NCBI GenBank assembly: GCA_044236265.1 | Contig: JBIIGV010000062.1 | Span: 1 to 17,744, forward strand | Direction of reading: 5' to 3' | Source of the DNA: Oligoflexales bacterium | Lineage (GTDB): Bacteria; Bdellovibrionota_B; Oligoflexia; Oligoflexales; RGVZ01 | Length of the DNA stretch: 17,744 nt | In this document: positions 7,786 through 15,392 of the stretch, piece by piece | Numbering within the stretch: position 1 is the first letter of the stretch | Layout: the number at the start of each line of letters is the position of its first letter | Made by a program: the position numbers and the translations under genes | Notes under the pieces: generated by a model | Seen by the model: the letters and a program-made list of their open reading frames with translations, nothing else | Database searches by the model: none | What the model was told of the DNA's origin: nothing

Positions 7786-10362
7786 TTACTTTTCCTTGCG
7801 TTCGCGACGGCGCTTGGCCCGTAGCTCAGCCACGCGCTCATGAATGATCCAAAGAGCTGAGCCCGGAGAAAAGTCGTCTTGATAGAGGTCAATGGCCCCC
7901 AGGGGAACACCTGTCGCCAATTCAAAAACCTCGGCCATGGTAGAAACCGGCACAACCTCAAGTCGTCCCTCTTCTACGGCTGTTCGCGCAGCCTTTTGCA
8001 ACATCAGATTTGGTACATTCTGCTTTGGGATGATGACGCGGTAAGTGCCAGACTTCTTGCCAAGCAGCTCAACCGTACGCCAAAAACCCTCGATCTTTTC
8101 ATTCACACCGCCAATAGGCTGGACTTCACCAAACTGATTAAGGCTTCCAGTCATGGCCAGGTTCTGCCGCACAGGAAGACGGGCAAGAGCACTCAGGATG
8201 GCTGTCGCCTCGGTAATAGATGCGCTGTCGCCATCAATCATCCCATAACTCTGTTCAAAGCAAATGCTGGCTGCGAGCCCCAAGTGGTGCTCTCGCGCCA
8301 ACAGCGCGGTCAAATAGCCCGTTAAAATACTGATGCCCTTATCGTGAATTCGTCCAGACAACTTGGCGTTTCGCTCTATATTGATGATTCCATCCGCTGA
8401 CGAGCTCACTGTACAGGTCAGGCGGTTCACCTTACCAAAACTATAATCACCCAAATCGTACACAGCGAGTCCGTTCACCTGACCGATTACCGCATCATCC
8501 AAGGTCAGCAAAACTTCCTCATGGCGGACCATCTCATACATTTGCTCTTCAATCAGGTTGACGCGGTAAAACTTCTGATCGAGAGCCTCTTCAACATGCT
8601 GGCGTTTAATGAAGCGACTCTCCTGCTCTCTGGCAATAAAGTCTGCCTCAATTGTCAGATCTTTCAGAGTTCCAAACTGGGTTGAGAGCTGTCTTTGGTC
8701 ATCAACCATTCTGCTTCCATACTCAACCATCGCGGCAACCCCAGAACGATCGAACGAAAGGAGATCCTCTTTGTCAGATCGCGTGGCTATGAAGTCTACA
8801 TAGTGTTCAATATTTTCCTTGGTGCGCGGCATCTTGTCGTCAAAGTGCGCCTTGATCTTGAAAATCTTGGTAAAGTCCTCATCCATGCTTTGTAAAAGAT
8901 GATAAATGTCATCATTACCAATCAGAATAACTTTCATATCGAGCGGAATCGGAGAAGGCCTAAGCCCTGACGTAGGCAACAAAGAGTATTGCTCACCCAT
9001 GTCTTCAATAAATCCCTTGCGGTTCTTTAAAACTCGCTTCAGCGTGTCCCAGATATTTCCAGTTTTAAAAATATCCATGGCATTCAAAACCAGGTACCCG
9101 CCATTGGCTCGCTGCACAGCACCCGACTTGATCATCGTAAAGTCGGTCAAATACATCCCGTGCTCGACATTCTTCTCAATTTTGCCAAACAAGTTGTAAT
9201 AGGTGGGATTCGTCTCAATAATAACCGGCGCACCTTCAGCTCCGGTATTATCAATGAATACATTCACGGCGTAGCGCACAAACCGGTCGCGTTCTTCGTG
9301 AAAGCCAAACAACTCAAGTGGCATCTCAGGCTGCCCTTGCTGCGCCTGAGGCTCGTCAGGCTCAACAAAATCCATAAGGTGTTCAAGAATATGATCTCGC
9401 ACCTGTTCTAAATGCGTGACAACACCCTTGTTACCCTTGTACTCCTCCATCAATGGCTCAATAACCATGCCAACGACATGGCGACCAAGCTCACTGCGAA
9501 GTTTTTCGATATATTCCCGTGTTTCCGTTTCAATCGTGCGGACCTTGCGAGCAAAATCAAGAACCTCAGGCTCGATTTGCGCACGGCGGTCTTCCACGCC
9601 TTCTCGCTGGGCATCACTCAGTTTTGCGTACTCTTTTTCAGTCAAAACTCGTCCGTCAACAACGGGAATCGTTTCAATGCCAATCCGTGTTGACTTGACA
9701 GCAAAGTCCAGTTGCTTAGCTCGTTTTTCAAGATCACTGAAAAGTTTACCCTTACGATCGTTACTTGCAGACAGGTAGGCGTTCACAGCATTTTCGTAGT
9801 CCTCGCTTTGGAGCGCAGCCGGAATTTCCGAACGCAGCACCTTGACGAGAGCCTCCATCTCCTTCTTCAGCTTTTTGCCTTCGCCGGCGGGCATCTCGAT
9901 TGCCTTTGGCACTTCAGGATGCTGAAAGTTGTAAACATAAATCCAATCGTTCGGTACCGCTGAATCTTTCGACCATCGCTCGAGAAATGTACGGATAACA
10001 CTAGTTTTCCCTGTTCCCTGAGCACCAGCCACATAGATGTTGTAGCCTGGTTTGCGAATCCCTAGGCCCATGTTGATGGCTCTCACCGCCCGATCTTGGG
10101 ATATAAACTCGTGACTCTCTCCAATCTTTGAGGTCGTATTGAACTTGAAAATATCGGTGTCACAAACCTTGTAAACATCACTAAGCGGCAGTGCGACGGG
10201 AAGCTTTGCGCTACCTTTGGCTGCTTTTACCTGCCGCGATTTTGCAGGTCGTTTGGACCCCTTCGATTTGGATACATTGATTTTGGAGAGTTTCTTGACT
10301 ACTTTTTTCGATCCGCCGGATTTTGTCTTTTTCAATGGATGATCCTTACCGAGATTCTTCAA
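7786..10362 (-). CDS. Lon-family (S16) protease, LonB/LonC-like AAA plus protease domain
   Basis: Walker A GAQGTGKTS, NPTYYNLFGKIE, RANGGYLVL, catalytic Ser (IDGDSAS) and Lys (GGVNEKIEGF). An alternative TTG start at 10335 has an AAGGA SD. Confidence 0.92.
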   Translation of the reverse strand: MKNLGKDHPLKKTKSGGSKKVVKKLSKINVSKSKGSKRPAKSRQVKAAKGSAKLPVALPLSDVYKVCDTDIFKFNTTSKIGESHEFISQDRAVRAINMGLGIRKPGYNIYVAGAQGTGKTSVIRTFLERWSKDSAVPNDWIYVYNFQHPEVPKAIEMPAGEGKKLKKEMEALVKVLRSEIPAALQSEDYENAVNAYLSASNDRKGKLFSDLEKRAKQLDFAVKSTRIGIETIPVVDGRVLTEKEYAKLSDAQREGVEDRRAQIEPEVLDFARKVRTIETETREYIEKLRSELGRHVVGMVIEPLMEEYKGNKGVVTHLEQVRDHILEHLMDFVEPDEPQAQQGQPEMPLELFGFHEERDRFVRYAVNVFIDNTGAEGAPVIIETNPTYYNLFGKIEKNVEHGMYLTDFTMIKSGAVQRANGGYLVLNAMDIFKTGNIWDTLKRVLKNRKGFIEDMGEQYSLLPTSGLRPSPIPLDMKVILIGNDDIYHLLQSMDEDFTKIFKIKAHFDDKMPRTKENIEHYVDFIATRSDKEDLLSFDRSGVAAMVEYGSRMVDDQRQLSTQFGTLKDLTIEADFIAREQESRFIKRQHVEEALDQKFYRVNLIEEQMYEMVRHEEVLLTLDDAVIGQVNGLAVYDLGDYSFGKVNRLTCTVSSSADGIINIERNAKLSGRIHDKGISILTGYLTALLAREHHLGLAASICFEQSYGMIDGDSASITEATAILSALARLPVRQNLAMTGSLNQFGEVQPIGGVNEKIEGFWRTVELLGKKSGTYRVIIPKQNVPNLMLQKAARTAVEEGRLEVVPVSTMAEVFELATGVPLGAIDLYQDDFSPGSALWIIHERVAELRAKRRRERKEK

Positions 10363-10366
10363 ACAA

Positions 10367-10855
10367 TTATTTTGACCCGTGTCGTTTTTCCAAGGCAGAC
10401 GCCATATCGTTTAGCTTGTCCGTAAGGCGCTGCAGCTCGTCTTTTTGACGAATTTTAACTCTTTGCCCGTAGCGCCCCTGCGTCATGTCATCGACGAAAC
10501 GCTCGATAGACACCAGTGGACCGTAGTAGCGATGCGTCAATTTAAATACGAGAATGAACATCCCGACGACGTAGCCAACCAGCAAAAGACCAATCTTTAT
10601 CGCGTTCTGGTAAAAAATATCGTTAGTTACCAGCTCCATCTGATCCTTGAAGTCGGTGACGTTGAATAGCGTCATCAAATGCTCGTACTGTTTTGAGAAG
10701 GCGTAGATAAACATGGCGGCAACACAGATAACGAAAGCTACCGAGGCGCCGATAACATAAATGCCGAACTTAATTTGGCTGAAGGGCTCAATCAGTGTTG
10801 ATCGGTAGTCCCGCTTGGCGCGGTCGGAGGTCTGGGCACTGGACGGATTGGACAT
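10367..10855 (-). CDS. Two-TM HAMP-domain protein with no output domain
   Basis: Two hydrophobic helices, then HAMP (THRYYGPLVSIERFV...VKIRQKDELQRLTDKLNDMASAL), then stop. Start reassigned from 10960 to the ATG at 10855, which has a GGGAG SD. Confidence 0.8.
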   Translation of the reverse strand: MSNPSSAQTSDRAKRDYRSTLIEPFSQIKFGIYVIGASVAFVICVAAMFIYAFSKQYEHLMTLFNVTDFKDQMELVTNDIFYQNAIKIGLLLVGYVVGMFILVFKLTHRYYGPLVSIERFVDDMTQGRYGQRVKIRQKDELQRLTDKLNDMASALEKRHGSK

Positions 10856-10954
10856 GAGGCGCTCCCTGCCATCGTATAAGTCATGGAAAAAACTGGAATA
10901 GATCGAACTATGTGAAATTATTTCATGAATGGGTTTGTCTTTCAAGAAATTCCC

Positions 10955-10983
10955 TTGCAAACCCAGCCCCTCGGCTGTATTGT
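10955..10983 (+). promoter_or_regulatory. Putative sigma70 promoter for the small basic ORF
   Basis: TTGCAA-N17-TATTGT. Confidence 0.65.
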
Positions 10984-11078
10984 CTCCCGCTCGTTACGTA
11001 AACACTAGGCCTAGCATGGCCTATGCTGGTGAAAGATTTACTGAAGCCAGCATCTAGTAAGTCAGACGGAGACAAACT

Positions 11079-11186
11079 GTGCACGGTTCACGCCATAAAA
11101 GAAAACATCCAAAAGGTCGTCGTAAAGTAGGTCGTAACAAGCGTCGTATGATGCGTAAGCGTCGAAGCCTGCGTACGAACGGATAA
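11079..11186 (+). CDS. 35-aa Arg/Lys-rich small protein (ribosome-associated protein candidate)
   Basis: Not in the ORF track. GGAG SD 7 nt before GTG. Sequence MHGSRHKRKHPKGRRKVGRNKRRMMRKRRSLRTNG*. 8 of 11 Arg codons are CGT. It is flanked by a promoter and hairpins. Confidence 0.8.
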   Translation: MHGSRHKRKHPKGRRKVGRNKRRMMRKRRSLRTNG

Positions 11187-11192
11187 TTGAGA

Positions 11193-11225
11193 GCTCTCCA
11201 CCGCTTGACATCAAGCATGGAGAGC
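11193..11225 (+). other. Stem-loop immediately after the small ORF
   Basis: GCTCTCCA-CC-GCTTGA-CA-TCAAGC-A-TGGAGAGC. Confidence 0.65.
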
Positions 11226-11243
11226 CGTTCAAAGCTCCTGATC

Positions 11244-11311
11244 AAAAAAGAAGCAAAGCGAAGTCTCTGGTCATATTAAAGATCAAGAAAATTCGCTTTG
11301 CTTTTTTTTTT
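11244..11311 (+). terminator. Long hairpin with poly-U tail, probable intrinsic terminator
   Basis: AAAAAAGAAGCAAAGCGAA...TTCGCTTTGC followed by a run of 10 T. Confidence 0.75.
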
Positions 11312-11424
11312 AACTCTCGAGTACAATTCTAAAAGTCCAAAAAAATTTAGTTTTTACAGGAAATCAAACACAGGGAATCGTGTTTGATCCAGAGTCCACA
11401 ATTAATCCAGGGAAGGGATCTATC

Positions 11425-12111
11425 ATGTTGGAATTCACGCTTGCTTTTGAGAAGGTTTTGACCAGATGGCCAGATAATACTCCCTGGACCATTGCACAGA
11501 TTGCCGATTTCACCAATAGCTCAGTATCGACATCTGTTGACGCTATCTCAACGACCCTCAATCGCGAGTTTGACGTCCAGGAAACCATCACACCCTCCGA
11601 AGGTCGTCAGGTTTTGGCAGCTCTAAAGGAGCGTCTACATCGTCAACTTGAAGCGCGCGACCGTCGCATTCAAGCAGACCGTGAAGCCGCCATGCGCGCC
11701 TACGATCTAACGATGGAGCGGATTCGTATTAGCCAGATGGCAAAAGATTGGCGCACCTCCTATAAGACACTTGCCTACTTCGTCGGTCGTTATGACAAAA
11801 ACATCAGTCATGACCTACTTGTCTCCCTTTGCGGTGACTGCATTCGTCTTGGAGTCAAGGCTGGTTTTAATATGCAAGAAGTTGGTCAATGGTTCCGAAA
11901 AGCTGTTGAGGCCGCTGTTTTAGGTGGCTCCCAGGAAGCGTTGGAAGATGCACTGGACTTTGTCGATGCTTATGGTGAAATTTTCTCAAGTGATTCCACT
12001 GGAGTCGGAAGCAAAATTTTAAATAGCGCACTCAACGTGCTTGAAATTCCTGCGATCGATTGCAATTTGGGTCTTCAATGGACAAATCTCAACACATCAC
12101 TTCGTGGATGA
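11425..12111 (+). CDS. Hypothetical cytoplasmic, mostly alpha-helical protein
   Basis: Long ORF followed by a terminator. The ATG at 11425 follows AAGGGA; the track start is 11380. No family recognised. Confidence 0.75.
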   Translation: MLEFTLAFEKVLTRWPDNTPWTIAQIADFTNSSVSTSVDAISTTLNREFDVQETITPSEGRQVLAALKERLHRQLEARDRRIQADREAAMRAYDLTMERIRISQMAKDWRTSYKTLAYFVGRYDKNISHDLLVSLCGDCIRLGVKAGFNMQEVGQWFRKAVEAAVLGGSQEALEDALDFVDAYGEIFSSDSTGVGSKILNSALNVLEIPAIDCNLGLQWTNLNTSLRG

Positions 12112-12123
12112 GTGTTGCAGTTG

Positions 12124-12163
12124 TAAAACAAAAAAGCGGCCTTCTGGCCGCTTTTTTGTTTTA
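12124..12163. terminator. Bidirectional intrinsic terminator
   Basis: Perfect 18-bp inverted repeat TAAAACAAAAAAGCGGCC-TTCT-GGCCGCTTTTTTGTTTTA between convergent genes. Confidence 0.92.
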
Positions 12164-12166
12164 GGT

Positions 12167-13426
12167 TTAATACTCATGATGTCGCACACGCCTCGACAGT
12201 GTCACGATTAAGACTGCAGCAATTCCTACCATCAACGTAGATGCCATTGCCACATTTTCAATTCCTTCAAGTTTTCCTGCGGGGCTCGTGGTTAGCAACC
12301 GCGAGGAGACAATACCACCGGCTGCCATCGCCGCGTGTTGAATACAAGATTGCAACGACATGAAACCGGCACGTTCAGAAGGCGTGGGAACCTTAGATGA
12401 AAGCGTCTGTAAACTAATATTTCGCAGAGTTCCAAAAACCATGAACATGATAAACATCATATAAGGAGAAAGAAGTGGCGGATAAACGCTAAGCCCCAGC
12501 CAAAGCGCTAAAAAGAATCCTAAAGAGCCAAGTAGAAACCAGGGAACACTTCCATATCGATCCACAAGATGGCCACAAAACGACATCGAAACCAAACTTG
12601 CCAAACCGCCGACCATGTAAAGCGAGCCCATGCTCTGACGGGGAAATTCTAGATTCAATTGAATGTAGCCAGCAATATTGGGATAGACAAGAAATCCACT
12701 CATCATAAGAGCCGATAGCGTGAGATAGCTAATCCAGACTCTAGACTGACGCATCAGCGACGAAATCGGAAGACTTTGAAATCCAAACTTACTTGACTGG
12801 GAATGGGAAGACATCGGCGGCAAAATGATTCTTGCCACGACAGCCATCATAGCTGCAACAAAACCCACCATTAAAAATGGCGCGTTCCATCCACCGAGTG
12901 ATGCCACCTCAAGACCGATTGGAACGCCGAAAATAGATGCCGCCGAGAAACCAAGCATAACTTTACTGATAGCTGCACCGCGACGCTCATGGGGAACAAG
13001 GTCACCAATGATCGCCAAACCGATCGAAGAGGTAGGCCCTCCGAAAATACCTGCTAAAACTCTTGCCCATAGCAGTGTCTGAAAATTGATTGCAAATGCA
13101 CCGGCGATGGTTCCAATCGCAAGCCCCAAGACCGACCATACAAGTGCGCGTCTTCTACAGATTCTATCCAAAAACATAGAACCAAGGAACCCGCTGACAG
13201 CAGCAGCGAGCGTATAAGCTCCGGCTAAAACACCGATGTGACTAACTCGAATGCCGAGTGCACTTGCAAAGTCAGGCCCAAGTGGCATCACCATCATGAA
13301 ATCTACGACGTTCACAAACTGAACTGCAGCCACGACAATTATGGCATTGCGTTCAGCCTTTCCAAGAGACGCTTGGGTGAGATTTCCGTCTCCTAACTCT
13401 CCAACTTTTTTTGCTGGCTGACCCAC
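12167..13426 (-). CDS. MFS transporter (DHA1-like efflux family)
   Basis: About 12 hydrophobic helices, motif A-like GSMFLDRICRR and GHLVDRYG, ARVLAGIFGG, and GVPIG (motif C region). Confidence 0.92.
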   Translation of the reverse strand: MGQPAKKVGELGDGNLTQASLGKAERNAIIVVAAVQFVNVVDFMMVMPLGPDFASALGIRVSHIGVLAGAYTLAAAVSGFLGSMFLDRICRRRALVWSVLGLAIGTIAGAFAINFQTLLWARVLAGIFGGPTSSIGLAIIGDLVPHERRGAAISKVMLGFSAASIFGVPIGLEVASLGGWNAPFLMVGFVAAMMAVVARIILPPMSSHSQSSKFGFQSLPISSLMRQSRVWISYLTLSALMMSGFLVYPNIAGYIQLNLEFPRQSMGSLYMVGGLASLVSMSFCGHLVDRYGSVPWFLLGSLGFFLALWLGLSVYPPLLSPYMMFIMFMVFGTLRNISLQTLSSKVPTPSERAGFMSLQSCIQHAAMAAGGIVSSRLLTTSPAGKLEGIENVAMASTLMVGIAAVLIVTLSRRVRHHEY

Positions 13427-13476
13427 AGCTATTAAAGTCTCCGCTTACCGTCAAACTTACCTGATCACGTCAACAA

Positions 13477-13485
13477 TGGTATCAT
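13477..13485 (+). promoter_or_regulatory. Possible extended -10 promoter for the CPBP gene
   Basis: TG-G-TATCAT about 35 nt upstream of the start, with TTACCT 17 nt upstream of the -10 hexamer. Confidence 0.4.
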
Positions 13486-13517
13486 GACAGTCACCAACCT
13501 CCACGAGGTGCGCGATT

Positions 13518-14474
13518 TTGTCCCCAAATCATAAACGAATTTTGTTTGCTTTGGCTCTAATTAATGGAGACTGTGTGGTTGCACAGAACCAGATGGATGA
13601 CGTTTGGGGATACCAAACGGAGAGCACGAACGCAGACGCCTCTGATGTGGCTCTACCGCTACTTTCACTGGTCCTCCCTGGCGCAGGCCAATGGGCGCGG
13701 GGCCAGTGGAAATCAGGTCTAGCATACTCTGGGCTAAGCATCGGTGCCGCTACATACGCCCTCCAAGCCAAGCGGGACTTTGGACTAGGCGAGATCGAGC
13801 CTCGGGAGCTCACAGGGGACAACGTTGCTGCAAGAAAGCACCTATTAGGACTACAAACGACGCAAGCTCTAGGCGGACTCAGTCTCTACCACTCCTTCCG
13901 CTCTGCGGTTTGGCAGCGGCAGAAATTCGGAGAGTATCAGTTTCTGGGCTCTGGAGAGACACCGGTTGATCTACTTAAAGCACCGTTCAGATTTGACATG
14001 CTAGGACGAAGCACGACATATGTCCCTCTTACCCTTGCAGCTGCTGCCTCCTGGTACATCGCTAAACACGATATTGAAGGCTACACAAAAAGAAAACTTT
14101 CCAAAGAAGATCCTTGGTTTGCCAGTGCATTTTCATTGAACGCTGGTGTCCATGAAGAGGCGATGTTTCGTGGATGGCTCATGCCCGTCCTGTACAATAG
14201 CGGCATGAATGGGGCTTGGACAAACGTCACGCAATCAAGCCTTTTTGCGTTGGCCCATCTTGGATCTAACCCTTTGCCCATATCTCAGTTCTTTATGGGC
14301 CTACACTTGGGACAAGTGACGATTCGCAACCGCTGGCAACTCAGTGAAGCTATTTTTGTCCATACATGGTGGGACATCATGATATTTATTGCCACGTATC
14401 ACAATAAAAAGGTGGATGAAAACCTATCAAAGCCAGCATCCCTCCATCTACCACCACTACAAATTTACTTCTGA
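13518..14474 (+). CDS. CPBP (CAAX/Rce1/Abi) family intramembrane glutamic protease
   Basis: EEAMFRG (EExxxR), FALAH (FxxxH) and HTWWD (HxxxN/D) motifs; GAGGTG SD before TTG. Confidence 0.88.
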   Translation: MSPNHKRILFALALINGDCVVAQNQMDDVWGYQTESTNADASDVALPLLSLVLPGAGQWARGQWKSGLAYSGLSIGAATYALQAKRDFGLGEIEPRELTGDNVAARKHLLGLQTTQALGGLSLYHSFRSAVWQRQKFGEYQFLGSGETPVDLLKAPFRFDMLGRSTTYVPLTLAAAASWYIAKHDIEGYTKRKLSKEDPWFASAFSLNAGVHEEAMFRGWLMPVLYNSGMNGAWTNVTQSSLFALAHLGSNPLPISQFFMGLHLGQVTIRNRWQLSEAIFVHTWWDIMIFIATYHNKKVDENLSKPASLHLPPLQIYF

Positions 14475-14684
14475 AACGCTGCATTCAAACTAGGTAAAAC
14501 CTGCCTTCCTAAGGGTAGTATCTGCCTGTTTTGCGGCAGCACAGACCTGCCTATAATCAAAGTGAAGAATAGCCGTCCGATTCGGGACTTACGCGAAAAT
14601 CTAATTTTCCGAATCGGGGACGTCGACAACCCTCAAGTGTTGGGTAATGGGCTAACAGTGCAAAGATTTTAGAGGAATGTTTTC

Positions 14685-15377
14685 ATGTCAAATTTTTTAG
14701 CGCATTTTTTCATTTTCATCTCGCTACTCGTCTACAGCAGCGCATCGTTCGCTGCGGGACTTGATCTCGACCCCGAAGAATTAAAGGGTAGTTCATCGAA
14801 AAAAACCGTCGCGGTTCTGCAAAACCGATATTTTTTAAAAGCATGGCGCCCAGAATTAGGGCTCTTAGCAGGAACCATTACCAACGAAGCGTATAACGAT
14901 ACAAAATTTCACGGCATGAGACTGGGCGTATTTGTAAATGAATGGATCGGCGCAGAATTCCAGCACATATTGACGACCGTAAAAAACTCGGCAGACAGAG
15001 ACGCGCTCAACAAAAAAATCTACCGTGATCGAAATGATCCCAGCAAGCTTGTGAGCGCTGATGCGGAAGTTAATCCAATTCACGGCATGCAGGACTTCGT
15101 TGCCATTGCTGCTCCACTCTACGGCAAAATGAACATACTTGATTTCGCTCTCATCTATGTCGACATTTATGGAACTTTCGGATTATCGCGGGTAAAAACC
15201 GATCAGGGCCAGATAAATGCTTTAGCTGTCGGCGGTGGCCAACGCTTCTACTTCGAAGAGCGTTGGAGTGCTCGTTTAGACTTTCGCAATCGTTCCTATA
15301 CAGAAACCAGAGCCGGCAAAGAGTCAAGACGCAACGCATGGACCGTGGATGTTGGTCTCAGCTACCTCTTTCTTTAA
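14685..15377 (+). CDS. Outer-membrane beta-barrel protein, GltA/GltB/GltH-like (myxobacterial/Bdellovibrio OMP family)
   Basis: Signal peptide ending ASFA; VLQNRYFLKAWRPEL N-terminal motif; APLYGKM; amphipathic strands; C-terminal GLSYLFL; directly upstream of a GltC-like gene. Confidence 0.8.
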   Translation: MSNFLAHFFIFISLLVYSSASFAAGLDLDPEELKGSSSKKTVAVLQNRYFLKAWRPELGLLAGTITNEAYNDTKFHGMRLGVFVNEWIGAEFQHILTTVKNSADRDALNKKIYRDRNDPSKLVSADAEVNPIHGMQDFVAIAAPLYGKMNILDFALIYVDIYGTFGLSRVKTDQGQINALAVGGGQRFYFEERWSARLDFRNRSYTETRAGKESRRNAWTVDVGLSYLFL

Positions 15378-15392
15378 AAGCGGGAGAATTTT

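Noticed and set aside
7879..9963. Multiple plus-strand ORFs opposite the Lon-like gene
   Set aside because: They are antisense shadows of a clearly real gene.
10362..10369. Possible frameshifted HAMP-Lon fusion
   Set aside because: There is a clean stop codon, the Lon gene has its own SD/TTG option at 10335, and HAMP-only proteins of this form are plausible on their own.
10856..10960. N-terminal 35-codon extension of the HAMP ORF
   Set aside because: The ATG at 10855 has a good SD, and the extension covers the AT-rich divergent promoter region.
11054..11245. 63-aa Arg-rich minus-strand ORF in the track
   Set aside because: It is the antisense shadow of the plus-strand 35-aa ORF, which has the SD, promoter, codon bias and terminator.
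14560..14680. c-di-GMP-I riboswitch
   Set aside because: ACGCGAAA is only a partial resemblance; the GGCAAAC P1/P2 entry and GNRA-capped P2 are not evident.
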